Part shown: piece by piece, positions 1 through 12,245 of the stretch
How the letters are laid out: each line of letters begins with the position of its first letter
How positions within the stretch are numbered: the first letter of the stretch is position 1
DNA from: Rhizobiaceae bacterium
GTDB taxonomy: Bacteria; Pseudomonadota; Alphaproteobacteria; Rhizobiales; Rhizobiaceae
DNA length: 64,000 nt
NCBI GenBank assembly: GCA_965204295.1
Contig: OZ241973.1
Coordinates: 3,437,940-3,501,939 of the forward strand
Reading direction: 5' to 3'
The notes under the pieces: generated by a model
Told to the model about the DNA's origin: nothing
Seen by the model: only the letters and a program-made list of their open reading frames with translations
Databases searched by the model: none
Made by a program: the position numbers and the translations under genes

Positions 1-1706
1 AGTCCGGCAAGAGCGCTCAGGCCTTGAGCGATGCGCTCAGCCGCGAGGATGAAGAGCGCCCGACAGGGGAAATCGAAGACGTCATCGCGGAATACCAGCG
101 TCGGCGCGGGCCGCAGGCGAACATCAGTTACTTTGCCTTCACCGCGACGCCCCGGAACGTGACGCTCGAACGTTTCGGCGCGACGGGAGCGGACGGCCTG
201 CCACGGCCGTTTCATCTCTATTCGATGCGTCAGGCCATCGAGGAAGGCTTCATTCTCGACGTTCTGCAGAATTACATGACCTACAGGGCCTATTACGCTC
301 TGGAGAAGACCGTCGAGGACGATCCCGAACTGGATACGCGAAAAGCGCAACGAAAGGTCGCCCGCTTCGCCGCCCTGCATCCGACGGCTATCGGCCAGAA
401 GACCGAAGTCATCGTCGAGCATTTCAGACGGCATGTCCGGAAGGAACTGAACGGACAGGCCAAGGCGATGATCGTCACGGCGAGCCGCGAGAGCGCGCTT
501 CGATACTACTTCGCCCTGAACTCCTACATCGAAGACAAGGGCTATTCCGACCTGAAGGCGCTTGTGGCCTTCTCGGGAGAATTGCACGCCGATGGCGAGA
601 TCTTCACCGAATCCGGGTTGAACGGATTCAGCGAGACGGAACTTCCGAGGAAGTTCGACACGCCCGGATATCGGGTGTTGATCGTCGCCGAAAAATACCA
701 GACCGGCTTCGACCAGCCGAAGCTGTGCGGCATGTATATCGACAGGAAACTGGCCGGCTTGCAGGCGGTGCAGACCCTTTCACGGCTGAACAGGACGCAT
801 CCGCGAAAGGAACGCACCTTCATTCTCGATTTTCAGAACACGACGGATGACATCGGGAAAGCGTTCAGGCCGTTCTTCGGGGTCGCAACCATTGAAGCGG
901 TATCCGACAAGAACCAGATTCACCATTTGGAGAGCCGCATTCGCACGTTCGGTTACGTCGACGCCGATGAAGTGGAGCGCTTCGCGACGGGCTTCTTCAA
1001 GGGGAAGCTGTCGCCACGGGACCGCATCCGGCTTGAAGCGCTCGTCAGGAACGCGGTCGGGCGCTTTGCGGCCGACGACGACGAGGGCAGGCGGGAGGAA
1101 TTCCGGCAACTGCTTAGAAGCTACAGGCGGTTCTACGGTTTCGTCGCCCAGATCGTGCGCCTTGACGATACGAACCTTGAAAAGCTCCATGCCTACGTGG
1201 ACTGGCTGGATCGCATGCTCCCCAGTCGCGAGCAACCTCCCGAAATTGAAATCACGGATGAGATGCTTCGCCTTCAGGCGTTCCGCGTTGAGCGAAAGGA
1301 AGCCGGACGGGCGTCGTTGCAGGCCGGAGATACGGAACCGTTGACCGCCATCAGCGAATTCGGCGCGAAGCCCTATAGCGAAGACGAGGCCAGGGCCCTC
1401 TCGGAAATCGTCAGATCCTTCAACGAGCGCCATGGAACGCAGTTCACCGAGGAGGACTTCATCCGTCTGGAACAGGTGAAACGGAAAGCTCTCGATGAAG
1501 AGATGACGGCGGTTCTGAGGAACAATCCGCCCGACGTCTCGCGGCCCGCCTTCATGAAACGTCTTCTGGAAGAGACGATCATGCAGTACCGGCGCGACAA
1601 CAGTCTGCAAAACATCATCATGACGAACGCCGAGGACCGCGACCGCGTCTTCAACCATCTGTTCGGCAGGGCGTTGAGGGAGGTCCGCGATGCGGTCGAT
1701 ACATAG
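1..1706 (+). CDS. hsdR: Type I restriction enzyme R subunit (HsdR), C-terminal part; 5' end lies outside the window
   Basis: The frame is open to the window edge. It carries SF2 helicase C-terminal motifs (FAFTATPR, EKYQTGFDQPKL, QAVQTLSRLNR) followed by a long helical C-terminal domain typical of HsdR. Confidence 0.8.
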   Translation, partial: SGKSAQALSDALSREDEERPTGEIEDVIAEYQRRRGPQANISYFAFTATPRNVTLERFGATGADGLPRPFHLYSMRQAIEEGFILDVLQNYMTYRAYYALEKTVEDDPELDTRKAQRKVARFAALHPTAIGQKTEVIVEHFRRHVRKELNGQAKAMIVTASRESALRYYFALNSYIEDKGYSDLKALVAFSGELHADGEIFTESGLNGFSETELPRKFDTPGYRVLIVAEKYQTGFDQPKLCGMYIDRKLAGLQAVQTLSRLNRTHPRKERTFILDFQNTTDDIGKAFRPFFGVATIEAVSDKNQIHHLESRIRTFGYVDADEVERFATGFFKGKLSPRDRIRLEALVRNAVGRFAADDDEGRREEFRQLLRSYRRFYGFVAQIVRLDDTNLEKLHAYVDWLDRMLPSREQPPEIEITDEMLRLQAFRVERKEAGRASLQAGDTEPLTAISEFGAKPYSEDEARALSEIVRSFNERHGTQFTEEDFIRLEQVKRKALDEEMTAVLRNNPPDVSRPAFMKRLLEETIMQYRRDNSLQNIIMTNAEDRDRVFNHLFGRALREVRDAVDT

Positions 1707-1827
1707 CTCACGCTATCCCATCGCCTCCCGTCCAACCCCGACCACATCCATCCCGGCCCGTCCATGGCGACCGTTTCCACAAATCCGGTTGACCGTATCG
1801 CCCAATCGCCTATAGTCCGCGCCGGCT

Positions 1828-1904
<77 letters not shown>

Positions 1905-2081
1905 TCGAAACCGGCTGTTGCAAACCCGCCATCCCGCATGAGCCGGTTAGGCGAGCAAACGGGCCGATGGCGGGCCGTCGGCGCCAATGGCGAGCGGACC
2001 GCCGATTTTCTCGCATCGGCGATGATATAGGCGCTCATTCTGCGGATTCCGGCACGAAAACGATTGTTTACGCCGAGGGGA

Positions 2082-2597
2082 TCATCGCGCCTGATCGAGC
2101 AGGCGCTTGCACTCCAGCAGATCGAACAGCGTTTCCTGCAGCAGGGCGCGATTGTCCTTCGACAACCGCTTTTTGTCCGAAGGTTCTTCGCTTGCGTCCT
2201 GTCCCTTGCCCAGACCGAGGAACCGGCGTCCGGTCTTGGCTTTCGTCCCGCCGACAACACCTTCCCCGGCCTCCGGCGCGTCCGACGCCTGGCGACTCGC
2301 CATGATCGCCTCGGCGGCCTCAAGATTTCCGGCGCCAAGCGCGACGACGTAGGAATTGCCGTTTTCACGCAAGAGCTTCTGAACGCCTTTGATCGTGTAG
2401 CCCTGGTCATACAGCAGGTGGCGAACGCCCTTGATCAGATCGACGTCGCCCGGACGATAATATCGCCGCCGGCCGCCGCGTTTCATGGGCTTTATCTGGG
2501 AAAATCTGGTCTCCCAGAAACGCAGCACGTGCTGCGGCAAATCCATGTCATCGGCGACTTCGCTGATCGTCCTGAAGGCGTCAGGATTTTTTCCCAT
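2082..2597 (-). CDS. MerR family transcriptional regulator
   Basis: N-terminal HTH ([23 protein letters not shown]...[12 protein letters not shown]) and the ihfA-adjacent position common in alphaproteobacteria. Confidence 0.8.
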   Translation of the reverse strand: MGKNPDAFRTISEVADDMDLPQHVLRFWETRFSQIKPMKRGGRRRYYRPGDVDLIKGVRHLLYDQGYTIKGVQKLLRENGNSYVVALGAGNLEAAEAIMASRQASDAPEAGEGVVGGTKAKTGRRFLGLGKGQDASEEPSDKKRLSKDNRALLQETLFDLLECKRLLDQAR

Positions 2598-2690
2598 GCG
2601 TCAACCCACCCATGCGAATCTGATTCGCCGCGTATTTCAGCGAGTTGCGTCGAGATATTCAACCCCTGCTAAAGTAAGAACAGGGGAAAA

Positions 2691-3008
2691 TCAGCCGTTA
2701 TTCGCGGCCTTTCGATGGCCGTCCAATATCCGTTCCTTGAGAACATTGGAGGCTTTGAATGTCATGACGCGGCGCGGAGAGATCGGAACCTCCTCGCCGG
2801 TCTTCGGATTCCGCCCGATCCGCTCCTTCTTCGAACGGACCTGAAACGTCGCGAATGAAGACAATTTGACGGTCTCGCCACGCACGACGGCGTCGCATAT
2901 TTCATCGATCACCATCTCGACGAGCTGAGCGGATTCGGTGCGCGACAACCCGACATTGCGGTACACGGCATCCGCAAGATCGGCTCGCGTAACATTTCTT
3001 TCCCCCAT
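2691..3008 (-). CDS. ihfA: Integration host factor subunit alpha
   Basis: Translation [16 protein letters not shown]...[25 protein letters not shown] is a textbook IHF/HU fold sequence. The start is moved to the internal Met (MGERN) of ORF 2691..3029. Confidence 0.9.
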   Translation of the reverse strand: MGERNVTRADLADAVYRNVGLSRTESAQLVEMVIDEICDAVVRGETVKLSSFATFQVRSKKERIGRNPKTGEEVPISPRRVMTFKASNVLKERILDGHRKAANNG

Positions 3009-3115
3009 GGACCTCTGCCTTACAATCAATAATTGAACAAACGATAGCGGTCGGGAGTTAACTAAAATGCGAACCCGCGGTCAAGGAGCATCGGGCTTTT
3101 GAAGACGATTCGCGT

Positions 3116-4087
3116 CTACCACCTGAGCAGCGCCGCCCCCCAGGTGAATCCACCCCCCATCGCCTCCAGCATGACCAGATCGCCTCGTCCGATACGGCCG
3201 TCGCCGACCGCAGCCGCCAGGGCCAGCGGAACCGACGCCGCGGACGTGTTGCCGTGCCGGTCGACCGTGATGACGACCTTTTCGTCCGGAATGCCCATTT
3301 TCCTCGTCGAAGCGTCAATGATGCGCTTGTTGGCCTGATGGGGCACAAACCAGTCCAGCGCCGACAAGGGCAGCCCCGCCGCGTCGAAAACATCCTCCAC
3401 AACATCCGTGATCATGCCGACGGCATGTTTGAAGACCTCGCGGCCTTCCATGCGCAGGCGACCGACCGTCTGCGTGCTCGACGGACCGCCGTCCACGAAC
3501 AGCTTGCTTTTGTGCGCACCGTCGGAACGCAGGCTCGATGCGAGAATGCCCCGGTCGTCGGGGATCCCCCTGCCCTCCCGCGCCTCCATCACGACCGCGC
3601 CGGCCCCGTCGCCGAACAGTACGCAGGTGGAGCGATCGGTCCAATCCAGTATGCGGGAGAATGTCTCCGCGCCGATCACCAGAACCCGTTTGGCGGCGCC
3701 GCCGCGAATGTGCAGGTCGGCGGTCGCCAGGGCATATACAAATCCGCTGCACACCGCCTGCATGTCAAAGGCGAAGCCGCGGTTCATCCCAAGTCTGCTC
3801 TGGATATCGACGGCGGTTGCCGGAAACGTGTTGTCCGGCGTTGATGTGGCGACAATGATCGTATCGATATCGGAGGCGGCAAGCCCGGCATGCTCCAGCG
3901 CGGCCCTCGCGGCCGCCTCGCCCAGAGAGGCCGTCGTTTCATTGTCCGATGCGATGTGACGCCGGCTGATTCCCGTTCGCTGAACGATCCAGGCGTCCGA
4001 CGTTTCGACGATGTTTTCAAGTTCCGCGTTATCGACCGCGCGTTTCGGCAATGCGGAGCCGACACCCCGTACAACTGACCTGATCAC
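3116..4087 (-). CDS. fabH: 3-oxoacyl-ACP synthase III
   Basis: 323 aa with the FabH active-site context ([27 protein letters not shown]). Confidence 0.9.
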   Translation of the reverse strand: MIRSVVRGVGSALPKRAVDNAELENIVETSDAWIVQRTGISRRHIASDNETTASLGEAAARAALEHAGLAASDIDTIIVATSTPDNTFPATAVDIQSRLGMNRGFAFDMQAVCSGFVYALATADLHIRGGAAKRVLVIGAETFSRILDWTDRSTCVLFGDGAGAVVMEAREGRGIPDDRGILASSLRSDGAHKSKLFVDGGPSSTQTVGRLRMEGREVFKHAVGMITDVVEDVFDAAGLPLSALDWFVPHQANKRIIDASTRKMGIPDEKVVITVDRHGNTSAASVPLALAAAVGDGRIGRGDLVMLEAMGGGFTWGAALLRW

Positions 4088-4099
4088 CGAAATCCGCCC

Positions 4100-5194
4100 C
4101 TATCCGTTCGACGCCGCCGCTCCGGCATCGGAATAAACGCCGACGGATTCCGGCAACGCGCCGAAAATTTCGAGATCCGCGCGTATCTTGTCGAGCAGCT
4201 CGTTCCGAACCACGTCATAGCCAAGTTCGATCGCCGCCGCAAAGCCCTCGTCATCGGCGCCGCCATGGCTCTTCACGACGACGCCGTTCATGCCAAGAAA
4301 CACACCGCCATTGGCCTTGCGCACGTCCATCTTCTCGCGCAGGCCGCGAAATGCGTTTTGAGCGAAGAAAAATCCGATCCTGGCCATCAACGTCCGGCTC
4401 ATGGCCGCGCGCAGATACTCCGAAATCTGTCTGGCCGTACCCTCCGCCGTCTTGAGGGCGATATTGCCCGAAAACCCTTCGGTGACAACAACATCGACCG
4501 CTCCCTTGCCAATGTCGTCGCCCTCGACAAACCCGACATAGCGCATCGATTCCAGATCGGCCGCGCGCAACGTCGCTCCGGCCTCCTTGACTTCCTCCTG
4601 CCCCTTGATCTCTTCCACGCCGACATTCAGCAGGCCGACCGTCGGATGGTCGATTTCGAACAACGCCCGCGCCATGGCCGCGCCGAGTATCGAAAAATCG
4701 ACAAGCTGCCGGGCGCCGGCGCCGATGGTCGCGCCAACATCGAGAACAACGCTTTCGGCCCGCAAATTCGGCCAGAGCGCGGCAATCGCCGGACGCTCGA
4801 TGCCCGGCATCATGCGAAGGCAGAACTTCGACATCGCCATCAAAGCGCCGGTATTTCCCGCCGAGACGCAGAAATCGGCGCTGCCCTCCCTGACGGCCTC
4901 GATCGACTTCCACATCGACGAGACCCTGCGCCCGTGACGCAGCGCCTGGCTGGGTTTGTCGTTCATCCGGACCGCAACGTCGCAATGGAAGAATTCCGAT
5001 GCGTCGCGAACGCGCGGATACCGTTCAAGATACGGATTTACGGCTTCTTCCCGGCCGAATATGAGGAAACCGACATCCTCCCGGCGCTCAAGAACCTTGA
5101 GCATGCCGGGAACGACGACTTCAGGGCCATGGTCGCCCCCCATCGCATCGACGGATATTCTGATCACGCCCGGCCCGCCAAGTCTTCCCTCCAT
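4100..5194 (-). CDS. plsX: Phosphate acyltransferase PlsX
   Basis: [11 protein letters not shown] motif, fabH directly downstream, and full-length similarity to the PlsX family. Confidence 0.9.
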   Translation of the reverse strand: MEGRLGGPGVIRISVDAMGGDHGPEVVVPGMLKVLERREDVGFLIFGREEAVNPYLERYPRVRDASEFFHCDVAVRMNDKPSQALRHGRRVSSMWKSIEAVREGSADFCVSAGNTGALMAMSKFCLRMMPGIERPAIAALWPNLRAESVVLDVGATIGAGARQLVDFSILGAAMARALFEIDHPTVGLLNVGVEEIKGQEEVKEAGATLRAADLESMRYVGFVEGDDIGKGAVDVVVTEGFSGNIALKTAEGTARQISEYLRAAMSRTLMARIGFFFAQNAFRGLREKMDVRKANGGVFLGMNGVVVKSHGGADDEGFAAAIELGYDVVRNELLDKIRADLEIFGALPESVGVYSDAGAAASNG

Positions 5195-5287
5195 TTACCG
5201 CCCCATCGGGTCGGGGGAAAATAGCCTTTTTCCGGCGACGCACAACCGGAATCGGGCAACCTCATCCAACCATGAGCGTTTTTTGGA

Positions 5288-5851
5288 TCAACGACCGCGT
5301 TTCAGTTCGGCCAGTTTCGCAAAGGGCGACTGTTTTTCGTCGCCGGTCACACCCGGGTCGCCGAAGGCAAGCACGGCATCGTCACTTCGCGGATATGGCT
5401 CGATCGCAAGGGCGAAAAATTCTTCCGCGATCGCGCCCACATCGATCTTCCCGTGACGAAACGTCTCCGGGTCGTTCTCGGAGTCGGGATCGAAAATCAC
5501 TTCCCCGGCAATCGGTTCCGGCTTCGCGGGCGCGTTATGCTCCGGAAGGAGCATGAGGTCGATTTCTTCCTCAATCACCGAGCCAATCGGTTCCAGCGTC
5601 ACCACACATTGCTGGGTGATTTGCGCCCTGACACGCCCCCGCACTCTTGCGCCGGCTCGTTTCCGGGGAACTACCGACAGGCGCGCTTCAAGAAAGCCGA
5701 CATTGTAAAGCCCGTGGTCGCGAGCGAGCGCATCGCATTGCGACCTGTCCGCGTCGATCGCCACGTTCAAATCATCCTTCGGCAGGGCGCCTGCCCGGAT
5801 TACCCGGGAAATCGGGCTCCTCCGTCCGGTCAAATTCGTTTCATCGGTCAT
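5288..5851 (-). CDS. YceD/DUF177 family protein
   Basis: 187-aa acidic protein upstream of plsX, with an ITQQCVVTLEP-type core typical of DUF177. Confidence 0.7.
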   Translation of the reverse strand: MTDETNLTGRRSPISRVIRAGALPKDDLNVAIDADRSQCDALARDHGLYNVGFLEARLSVVPRKRAGARVRGRVRAQITQQCVVTLEPIGSVIEEEIDLMLLPEHNAPAKPEPIAGEVIFDPDSENDPETFRHGKIDVGAIAEEFFALAIEPYPRSDDAVLAFGDPGVTGDEKQSPFAKLAELKRGR

Positions 5852-6396
5852 GCGCCGCCATCTGCGTGAGCGCCAAACGAAACGCGACCGGCGAGAATTT
5901 CGCCGATATCGTTCCGGGACATCGCATCGTACAGACGAAACACCTGCTCCGCCAGCCCGTCGGCATGCGGCCAGTCCACATCGCCGGGCCGGATGTTTCG
6001 CGCCAGCGCTTCGGCGAGCGCCCGCAGATCTCCTTCATCCAGCGCCCGGCCATAGGACGAAGCCCGGCCATAGAACATTTTTGCAAGTTTCTTCATGCGT
6101 TTCGGTATGCCTATATCGCCGACCCCGAGTTCCCGCAACGAATGATCAATGTCCTTAAAGAACATGTCGGTGACGTCCCGCGCCAGTTCCGCGGCGCTGC
6201 CTGTCTCGTTTTTCAGCCGATGGAGAAAGAGAAACATGTGAAGCGAAAGCATTTCGTAGCGACCCAGCGGCGTATCCGGCACGTCCAGATCGGCGAAGTA
6301 TCGCGGTTGCCGCGCGGCTGCCACGATTTCGGCGTAAAGTGCATCGGCGATAGCCCTATTGGCCCGCTTCGCCGAGCCGAACAGTCGCTTGAACAT
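5848..6396 (-). CDS. Ubiquinol-cytochrome c chaperone family protein
   Basis: Family-like sequence (ALYAEIVAAARQPRYF...LGRYEMLSLHMFLFLHRL). Its stop overlaps the yceD start by 4 nt. Confidence 0.7.
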   Translation of the reverse strand: MFKRLFGSAKRANRAIADALYAEIVAAARQPRYFADLDVPDTPLGRYEMLSLHMFLFLHRLKNETGSAAELARDVTDMFFKDIDHSLRELGVGDIGIPKRMKKLAKMFYGRASSYGRALDEGDLRALAEALARNIRPGDVDWPHADGLAEQVFRLYDAMSRNDIGEILAGRVSFGAHADGGA

Positions 6397-6538
6397 CGGT
6401 TTCCGTCTCCCCTAACGGCGATTGGACGACCCGGTTCGCCGTAAGAACATCGAGGTTCGGGTTGCATCGGCGGTGAAGCTGGTTTACCGAGTTTTCCGCC
6501 GGTGCATGCGGCGGCCCTTTTGAACCTGTCTGAAGAAC

Positions 6539-7036
6539 ATGTTGGCAAATCGCAAGTCCGTATTCGATGTGGCCCGTTCAGCGCCGGTGGTTCTGGCGAT
6601 GATCGGCATTGCGTTGTCCGGTTGCAATGGCACGGAAATGCTGAATCCGACGACGACGCTGACCCAGGGCTACATCGTGGATCAGGAGGCCCTGGATCTG
6701 GTTCCGGTCGGATCGAGCCGCGAACAGGTGCTGCTGGCGCTTGGAACGCCGACGACGACGGCGACTTTTGACAATAAGGCATTTTACTACATCTCGCAAA
6801 GGCGGGTAAAAAGGGCCGCGTTCATGACGGCGGAAATCGTCGATCGGCGCATTTTCGCGGTTTATTTCGGTGAGGACGAGCGCGTTGCGAATATCGCTCA
6901 GTACGGCCTTCAGGATGGCAGAGTTTTCGATTTCATCTCGAAGACCACGCCGACCGGCGGCACGCGCGACAGTTTCATCGGACAGTTGCTGTCCGGTCTG
7001 AGCAGCGGCCAGGCGCCGACGTTGGGCCGACCCTGA
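6539..7036 (+). CDS. bamE: Outer membrane protein assembly factor BamE (SmpA/OmlA lipoprotein)
   Basis: Lipobox ALSGC after a signal peptide. SmpA/OmlA core (GYIVDQEALDLVPVGSSREQVLLALGTP). Confidence 0.75.
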   Translation: MLANRKSVFDVARSAPVVLAMIGIALSGCNGTEMLNPTTTLTQGYIVDQEALDLVPVGSSREQVLLALGTPTTTATFDNKAFYYISQRRVKRAAFMTAEIVDRRIFAVYFGEDERVANIAQYGLQDGRVFDFISKTTPTGGTRDSFIGQLLSGLSSGQAPTLGRP

Positions 7037-7061
7037 ACCCGCAGGCCCAAACCGTGTCGTG

Positions 7062-7098
7062 AAAAAACCCGCGGAGATCGCTCTTCGCGGGTTTTGTT
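7062..7098. terminator. Bidirectional rho-independent terminator between bamE and hppA
   Basis: AAAAAACCCGCG-(12 nt)-CGCGGGTTTTGTT is a GC stem flanked by an A-run on one side and a T-run on the other. It sits between two convergent genes. Confidence 0.55.
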
Positions 7099-7116
7099 CG
7101 AGCGAATCGGGCCGCG

Positions 7117-9255
7117 TCAGTGCGCCAGGACGGCCAGCAGCAGCAGCGCCACGATGTTGGTGATCTTGATCATCGGATTGACCGCCGGGCCGGCCGTGTC
7201 CTTGTAGGGGTCGCCCACCGTGTCGCCGGTGACCGACGCTTTGTGGGCTTCCGAACCCTTTTCGTGTCTTGCGCCGTCCTTGTCGATGAAGCCGTCTTCA
7301 AACGACTTCTTGGCGTTGTCCCAGGCGCCGCCGCCCGCCGTCATCGAAATGGCGACGAACAGACCCGTGACGATCACGCCGAGCAGCATCGCGCCGACGG
7401 CGGCAAGCGCGTCGTTCTTGTCCGCGATCGCGTAGATCAACCCGAAGACCACAATCGGCGAAAGCACCGGCAGCAGCGAAGGAACAATCATCTCCCTGAT
7501 CGCGGCGCGGGTCAGCATATCCACGGCGCGGCCATAATCGGGTTTTTCCTTGCCTTCCATGATGCCGGGTTTCTCGCGGAATTGCCTGCGTACTTCCTCA
7601 ACCACCGCGCCACCGGCGCGACCGACGGCGGTCATCGATATGCCGCCGAACAGGTAGGGCAACAGGCCGCCGAACAGCAGTCCGACGACCACATATGGAT
7701 TGGAAAGCGAGAAGTCGACCGATACGCCTTCAAAGAAGGATCCCGGCGCCGCGTTGGCCGCGAAGAATTTCAGGTCTTCGGTGTAGGCGGCGAACAGCAC
7801 CAGCGCGCCGAGGCCGGCCGATCCGATGGCATAACCCTTGGTGACGGCCTTCGTGGTGTTGCCGACCGCATCAAGCGCATCGGTTGACTTGCGGACCTCC
7901 GGATCAAGCCCCGCCATCTCGGCGATGCCGCCGGCGTTGTCCGTTACCGGGCCGAACGCATCGAGCGCGACGACCATGCCGGCCAGCGCCAGCATGGTGG
8001 TGACGGCAATCGCAATCCCGAACAATCCGGCCAGATTGAAGGTCGCGATGATGCCGGCGATGATCACGATTGCAGGCAATGCCGTGGCCTCAAGCGAAAC
8101 GGCCAGACCTTGAATGACGTTGGTGCCATGGCCGGTGACCGACGCCTGCGCGATGGAAACCACCGGGCGCTTGCCCGTGCCGGTGTAGTATTCCGTGATC
8201 CAGATAATCAGACCGGTGACCGCAAGGCCGATCAGTCCGCAATAGAACAAATAACGTCCGGTGAAGGAAGCGCCGTTCGATGCCGTGAAATCGGTTCCGG
8301 CGCCGAGCCAGCCCCACACGATCACGGCGAGCGCGACGGCCGACAGCGCCGCCGTCGCCCAAAAACCCTTGTAAAGGGCGCCCATGATCGAATTGTCGGA
8401 TCCGAGCTTGACGAAAAACGTGCCGATGATCGACGTGACCACGCACGATGCGCCGATGACCAGCGGAAACAGCATCAACATTTGCGCCGTAGCGCCATCG
8501 AAGAAGATCGACGCCAGCACCATCGTCGCGACGATCGTCACCGCATAGGTTTCGAACAGGTCCGCGGCCATTCCGGCGCAGTCGCCGACATTGTCGCCGA
8601 CATTGTCCGCAATGGTCGCCGGATTGCGTGGATCGTCTTCCGGAATGCCGGCTTCCACCTTGCCGACGAGATCGCCGCCGACGTCGGCGCCCTTGGTGAA
8701 GATACCGCCGCCAAGGCGGGCGAAAATCGAGATCAGCGACGCGCCGAAGCCAAGAGCCACCATGGCGTCGATGACGTTGCGGCTTTCCGGATCAAGGCTC
8801 ATCGGCCCGATCAGGATGCAGTAGTAGCCGGCGACGCCCAGCAGCGCCAGGCCGGCCACCAACAGTCCGGTGATCGCGCCTGACTTGAAGGCGATATCGA
8901 GACCGCCGGCAAGCGAATCGGACGCCGCCTGCGCGGTGCGGACATTGGCGCGCACGGAAATATGCATGCCGATGTACCCCGCCGCGCCGGACAGAACGGC
9001 GCCGATCAGAAAGCCGATCGCGGCGATACCGGACAACAGCCACCAGGCAATCAGGCACACCACGACGCCGACAATGGCGATCGTCGTATACTGACGGTTC
9101 AGATATGCCTGCGCACCCTCGCGGATATAGCCCGCGATTTCCTGCATTCGGGCGTTGCCCTGATCGGCCGCGAGAACCGACTGTGTCGCCCAGATGGCGT
9201 AAAGCACGGACAGCAAGCCGCAGGCGATGACGACAAAAAGCATGGTCATTGCCAT
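7117..9255 (-). CDS. hppA: Membrane-bound proton-translocating pyrophosphatase
   Basis: 712-aa polytopic protein with H+-PPase signatures ([47 protein letters not shown]). Confidence 0.95.
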   Translation of the reverse strand: MAMTMLFVVIACGLLSVLYAIWATQSVLAADQGNARMQEIAGYIREGAQAYLNRQYTTIAIVGVVVCLIAWWLLSGIAAIGFLIGAVLSGAAGYIGMHISVRANVRTAQAASDSLAGGLDIAFKSGAITGLLVAGLALLGVAGYYCILIGPMSLDPESRNVIDAMVALGFGASLISIFARLGGGIFTKGADVGGDLVGKVEAGIPEDDPRNPATIADNVGDNVGDCAGMAADLFETYAVTIVATMVLASIFFDGATAQMLMLFPLVIGASCVVTSIIGTFFVKLGSDNSIMGALYKGFWATAALSAVALAVIVWGWLGAGTDFTASNGASFTGRYLFYCGLIGLAVTGLIIWITEYYTGTGKRPVVSIAQASVTGHGTNVIQGLAVSLEATALPAIVIIAGIIATFNLAGLFGIAIAVTTMLALAGMVVALDAFGPVTDNAGGIAEMAGLDPEVRKSTDALDAVGNTTKAVTKGYAIGSAGLGALVLFAAYTEDLKFFAANAAPGSFFEGVSVDFSLSNPYVVVGLLFGGLLPYLFGGISMTAVGRAGGAVVEEVRRQFREKPGIMEGKEKPDYGRAVDMLTRAAIREMIVPSLLPVLSPIVVFGLIYAIADKNDALAAVGAMLLGVIVTGLFVAISMTAGGGAWDNAKKSFEDGFIDKDGARHEKGSEAHKASVTGDTVGDPYKDTAGPAVNPMIKITNIVALLLLAVLAH

Positions 9256-9441
9256 ATTCCTTGGTTTGATTGATCCGGATGGTCCCCATGCCGGACAGGT
9301 CTGACATCTGCCGGATCACGCCGGGCAAAAAGGCGGCGTCACGGCCATCGCTGCGGCTTATGCGCATGCCACCCGCCAAGGTCAAGGCTTTGTTGCGAAT
9401 TGCAACGAATTGCCAGTCTCATTGGCGAATTCGGGCCGGCA

Positions 9442-10653
9442 TCAGGTGGAAATCGCCGATTTCGGGGTCCGGAACGACAGAATCGCCAATGCGGCCAGGC
9501 AGAGGAGCGTAACCGGAAACACGATCCAGTTGAGCATATCCCACCCCCAGGCGTTATAGACCTGACCGGACATCAGCGACGCGAAGGCGACCAGCCCGAA
9601 AAGCAGAAAGTCATGGAATCCCTGAACCTTGTTCTTTTCGGATGGACGATAGCATTCGGTAACGATCGCGGTTGAGCCGATGAATCCGAAATTCCAGCCG
9701 ATCCCGAGCAGGACAAGCGCGGTCCAGAACTGCCATAGAGCGATGCCCGACAACGCCACGATTGCACAGGCGATCAAAAGGAAAAGGCCGGTCGCGATGA
9801 TTTTCTCCTTGCCGAACCGCGCGATGAGGCCGCCGGTAAAGAAGCTCGGCGCAAACATCGCCATGACGTGCCAGGAAATACCGAGCGTCGCTTCATCCGG
9901 CGTAAAACCGCATCCGACCATGGCCAGAGGCGCACCGGTCATGACGAAAACCATCAGCGTGTATGAACCGACCGCGCAGATCAGCGCGGCGGCAAAACGC
10001 GGTCGGCGAATGATTTCGACAAGCCGCCGGGCGGGCTCTCCCGTCGCCGTATCGCGGGAACCCGATTCCCTGGGCATTCCGAGAAACGACAGGATCAACG
10101 CGCCGATGGCCGCCAATCCGATCACGGCCGCGAAGGAGCCGGCAAACATGATCGGCGCGAACAGTTCGCGTGTGAAGATTACCGTCTGCGGTCCGATGAT
10201 GGCCGCGAAGACGCCACCGCCGAGAACCCAGGAAATGGCCTTGGGTTTGAAGGAGACCGGCGCATTGTCGGCGGCCGCGAAGCGATATTGCTGGACGAAA
10301 GAGTTTCCGCTGCCGATGAACAACAATCCGAGGGCGAAAAGCCAGAAGCTGTGATTGAAAAGCGCGATGGTCGCCACCGCGCCGCCAAGCGCCGTCACGC
10401 CGGCGCCGGACACGAACCCATACCGCCTGCCGACCCATCTCATCAGAGCGGCGGCCGGCAATGCGCCGAGCGCCGTGCCGATATTGAAGCCGGTTACAGG
10501 CGCTGTCGCCAGCGATTTGTCGGCGCCGAGCAGATAAAATCCCGCCAATCCGCCCATTGCAATCGATATGGGCGCCGCCGATCCGACAATGGCCTGGCTT
10601 GCGGACAGGATTAACGCCGTCCGGCGGGCTTCACTCCCGGGAACGGCGCTCAC
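9442..10653 (-). CDS. MFS transporter
   Basis: 403 aa, about 12 predicted TM helices, MFS-like loop (GRRYG). Confidence 0.75.
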   Translation of the reverse strand: MSAVPGSEARRTALILSASQAIVGSAAPISIAMGGLAGFYLLGADKSLATAPVTGFNIGTALGALPAAALMRWVGRRYGFVSGAGVTALGGAVATIALFNHSFWLFALGLLFIGSGNSFVQQYRFAAADNAPVSFKPKAISWVLGGGVFAAIIGPQTVIFTRELFAPIMFAGSFAAVIGLAAIGALILSFLGMPRESGSRDTATGEPARRLVEIIRRPRFAAALICAVGSYTLMVFVMTGAPLAMVGCGFTPDEATLGISWHVMAMFAPSFFTGGLIARFGKEKIIATGLFLLIACAIVALSGIALWQFWTALVLLGIGWNFGFIGSTAIVTECYRPSEKNKVQGFHDFLLFGLVAFASLMSGQVYNAWGWDMLNWIVFPVTLLCLAALAILSFRTPKSAIST

Positions 10654-11135
10654 CCGTCTTTGTCCCGCACCCGCTTAGCGACGCGGTCGAGCACCGCATT
10701 TACCAATTTGGGCTCTTCGTCCTCATAAAAGGCGCGGGCGATATCGACATATTCGTTGACGATTACAGCGACAGGAACGTCATTTCGCCGCATCAATTCA
10801 TAGGTTCCCGAACGTAAAATCGCGCGAAGCGTCGTGTCGAGCCTGGAAAGCGGCCAGCCTTCGACCAGCGATTGCCTGACGATCGGATCGATACGTTTCT
10901 GGTTGTCCACCACACCGGACAGGATCGACCGGAACCACCGCGCGTCGGCTTCACGGTATTGCGCGCCGTCGATCTCCCTGCCGAGACGGTGGGCTTCATA
11001 TTCGGCGGCGATTTCAAGCAAACCGGCGCCCGCGACATCCATCTGGTAAAGCGCCTGCACGGCCGCCAGACGCGCAGCCCCGCGCTTGTTGGCCAGGCGA
11101 ACCGGTTTGGCCGGTTTTTCATCCGCCTCGATCAC
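10650..11135 (-). CDS. nusB: Transcription antitermination factor NusB
   Basis: NusB core ([14 protein letters not shown]...). The start is re-set to the GTG at 11135, which forms a GTGA overlap with the ribH stop. The tracked ORF start at 11228 would overlap ribH by 97 nt. Confidence 0.85.
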   Translation of the reverse strand: MIEADEKPAKPVRLANKRGAARLAAVQALYQMDVAGAGLLEIAAEYEAHRLGREIDGAQYREADARWFRSILSGVVDNQKRIDPIVRQSLVEGWPLSRLDTTLRAILRSGTYELMRRNDVPVAVIVNEYVDIARAFYEDEEPKLVNAVLDRVAKRVRDKDG

Positions 11136-11578
11136 GATGAGAGGTTCTTGCGCAGGCCGATCATCGCGAGCGCCGCGCGCGCGGCGAAGCCGCCCTTGTC
11201 GCCCTCGGTTTTTTTCGCTCGGGCCCAAGCCTGGTCGGCGTTTTCGACCGTCAGGATTCCGTTGCCGATGGCGAGACCCCGCCCGATCGCAAGATCAGCG
11301 ATCGCCCTGCTCGATTCGTTGGCGACGATCTCGAAATGGCGGGTCTCGCCACGAATGACACAGCCCAGCGCGACATAGCCGTCATAGCCTTTGGCGCCGT
11401 ATTTTTCCGCGAAAGCGATGGCCGCAGGCACCTCAAGCGCACCGGGCACCGTAACCACGTCACAGGTGGCGCCGGCTCCGTCTATCGCCGATTTCGCCCC
11501 GTCAAGGAGCGCGTCGGATAAGTCCTCGTAAAACCGGGCTTCGACGACCAACAAATGCGGCTTCTCGTTCTCGGACAT
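11132..11578 (-). CDS. ribH: 6,7-dimethyl-8-ribityllumazine synthase
   Basis: [13 protein letters not shown]...VPGALEVP...[12 protein letters not shown] motifs. The start is set to the internal ATG (MSENEK) at 11578. Confidence 0.9.
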   Translation of the reverse strand: MSENEKPHLLVVEARFYEDLSDALLDGAKSAIDGAGATCDVVTVPGALEVPAAIAFAEKYGAKGYDGYVALGCVIRGETRHFEIVANESSRAIADLAIGRGLAIGNGILTVENADQAWARAKKTEGDKGGFAARAALAMIGLRKNLSS

Positions 11579-11630
11579 CGGTTTCCCGCAAGCGCATCGC
11601 GACACGTCAGACATGGGTTCGCGAGATCGT

Positions 11631-12245
11631 CTAGGCTTCTTTGGCGACTTCCGCAAGGCGCGCCGCGTAGCGCGCCATGATGTCGACTTCGAGATTGACC
11701 GGTTCGCCTTCCCGGCGCTGGCCCCAGGTTGTGACCGCCAGCGAATGCCGGATCAAAAGCACATTAAACAGATTGCCGTCGACGCGATTTACCGTGAGCG
11801 ACGCGCCGTCGAGCGCAACCGACCCTTTCGGCGCGATGAAGCGAGCAAATTCCGCCGGCGTTTCGAGCGTGAAACGAACCGCTTCACCCTCCTGCGCGAC
11901 CGAAACAATGCCGGCGGTCCCATCGACGTGACCCGAAACGATATGCCCCCCCAGTTCGTCGCCGATCTTCAGCGCGCGTTCGAGATTGATCCGCCTGCCC
12001 TCAATCCAGCCATCCGCGGTCGTCAGGCGCAGCGCCTCTTCCCAGGCCTCCACCTCGAACCAGCGCTCGTTCGAGCCCCGACCGGGCAAGGCAACGACCG
12101 TCAGACAGATACCGGAACAGGCAATCGAAGCGCCGATTTCAACGGATTCGGGGTCATAAGCCGAATCGATGCGAAACCGCTTGCCTTCCTTGAGCGATCG
12201 AACGGACGAAACGGTTCCGATATCCGTCACGATACCGGTGAACAT
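11631..12245 (-). CDS. ribE: Riboflavin synthase
   Basis: Canonical [11 protein letters not shown]-terminus at the internal ATG, and the duplicated barrel repeat ([15 protein letters not shown]). Confidence 0.9.
   Translation of the reverse strand: MFTGIVTDIGTVSSVRSLKEGKRFRIDSAYDPESVEIGASIACSGICLTVVALPGRGSNERWFEVEAWEEALRLTTADGWIEGRRINLERALKIGDELGGHIVSGHVDGTAGIVSVAQEGEAVRFTLETPAEFARFIAPKGSVALDGASLTVNRVDGNLFNVLLIRHSLAVTTWGQRREGEPVNLEVDIMARYAARLAEVAKEA

Noticed and set aside
11132-11228. The 97-nt overlap between nusB (tracked start 11228) and ribH.
   Set aside because: It is resolved by using the GTG at 11135, which gives a GTGA stop/start overlap and a NusB of normal length. The longer N-terminal extension is Arg-rich and unlike NusB.
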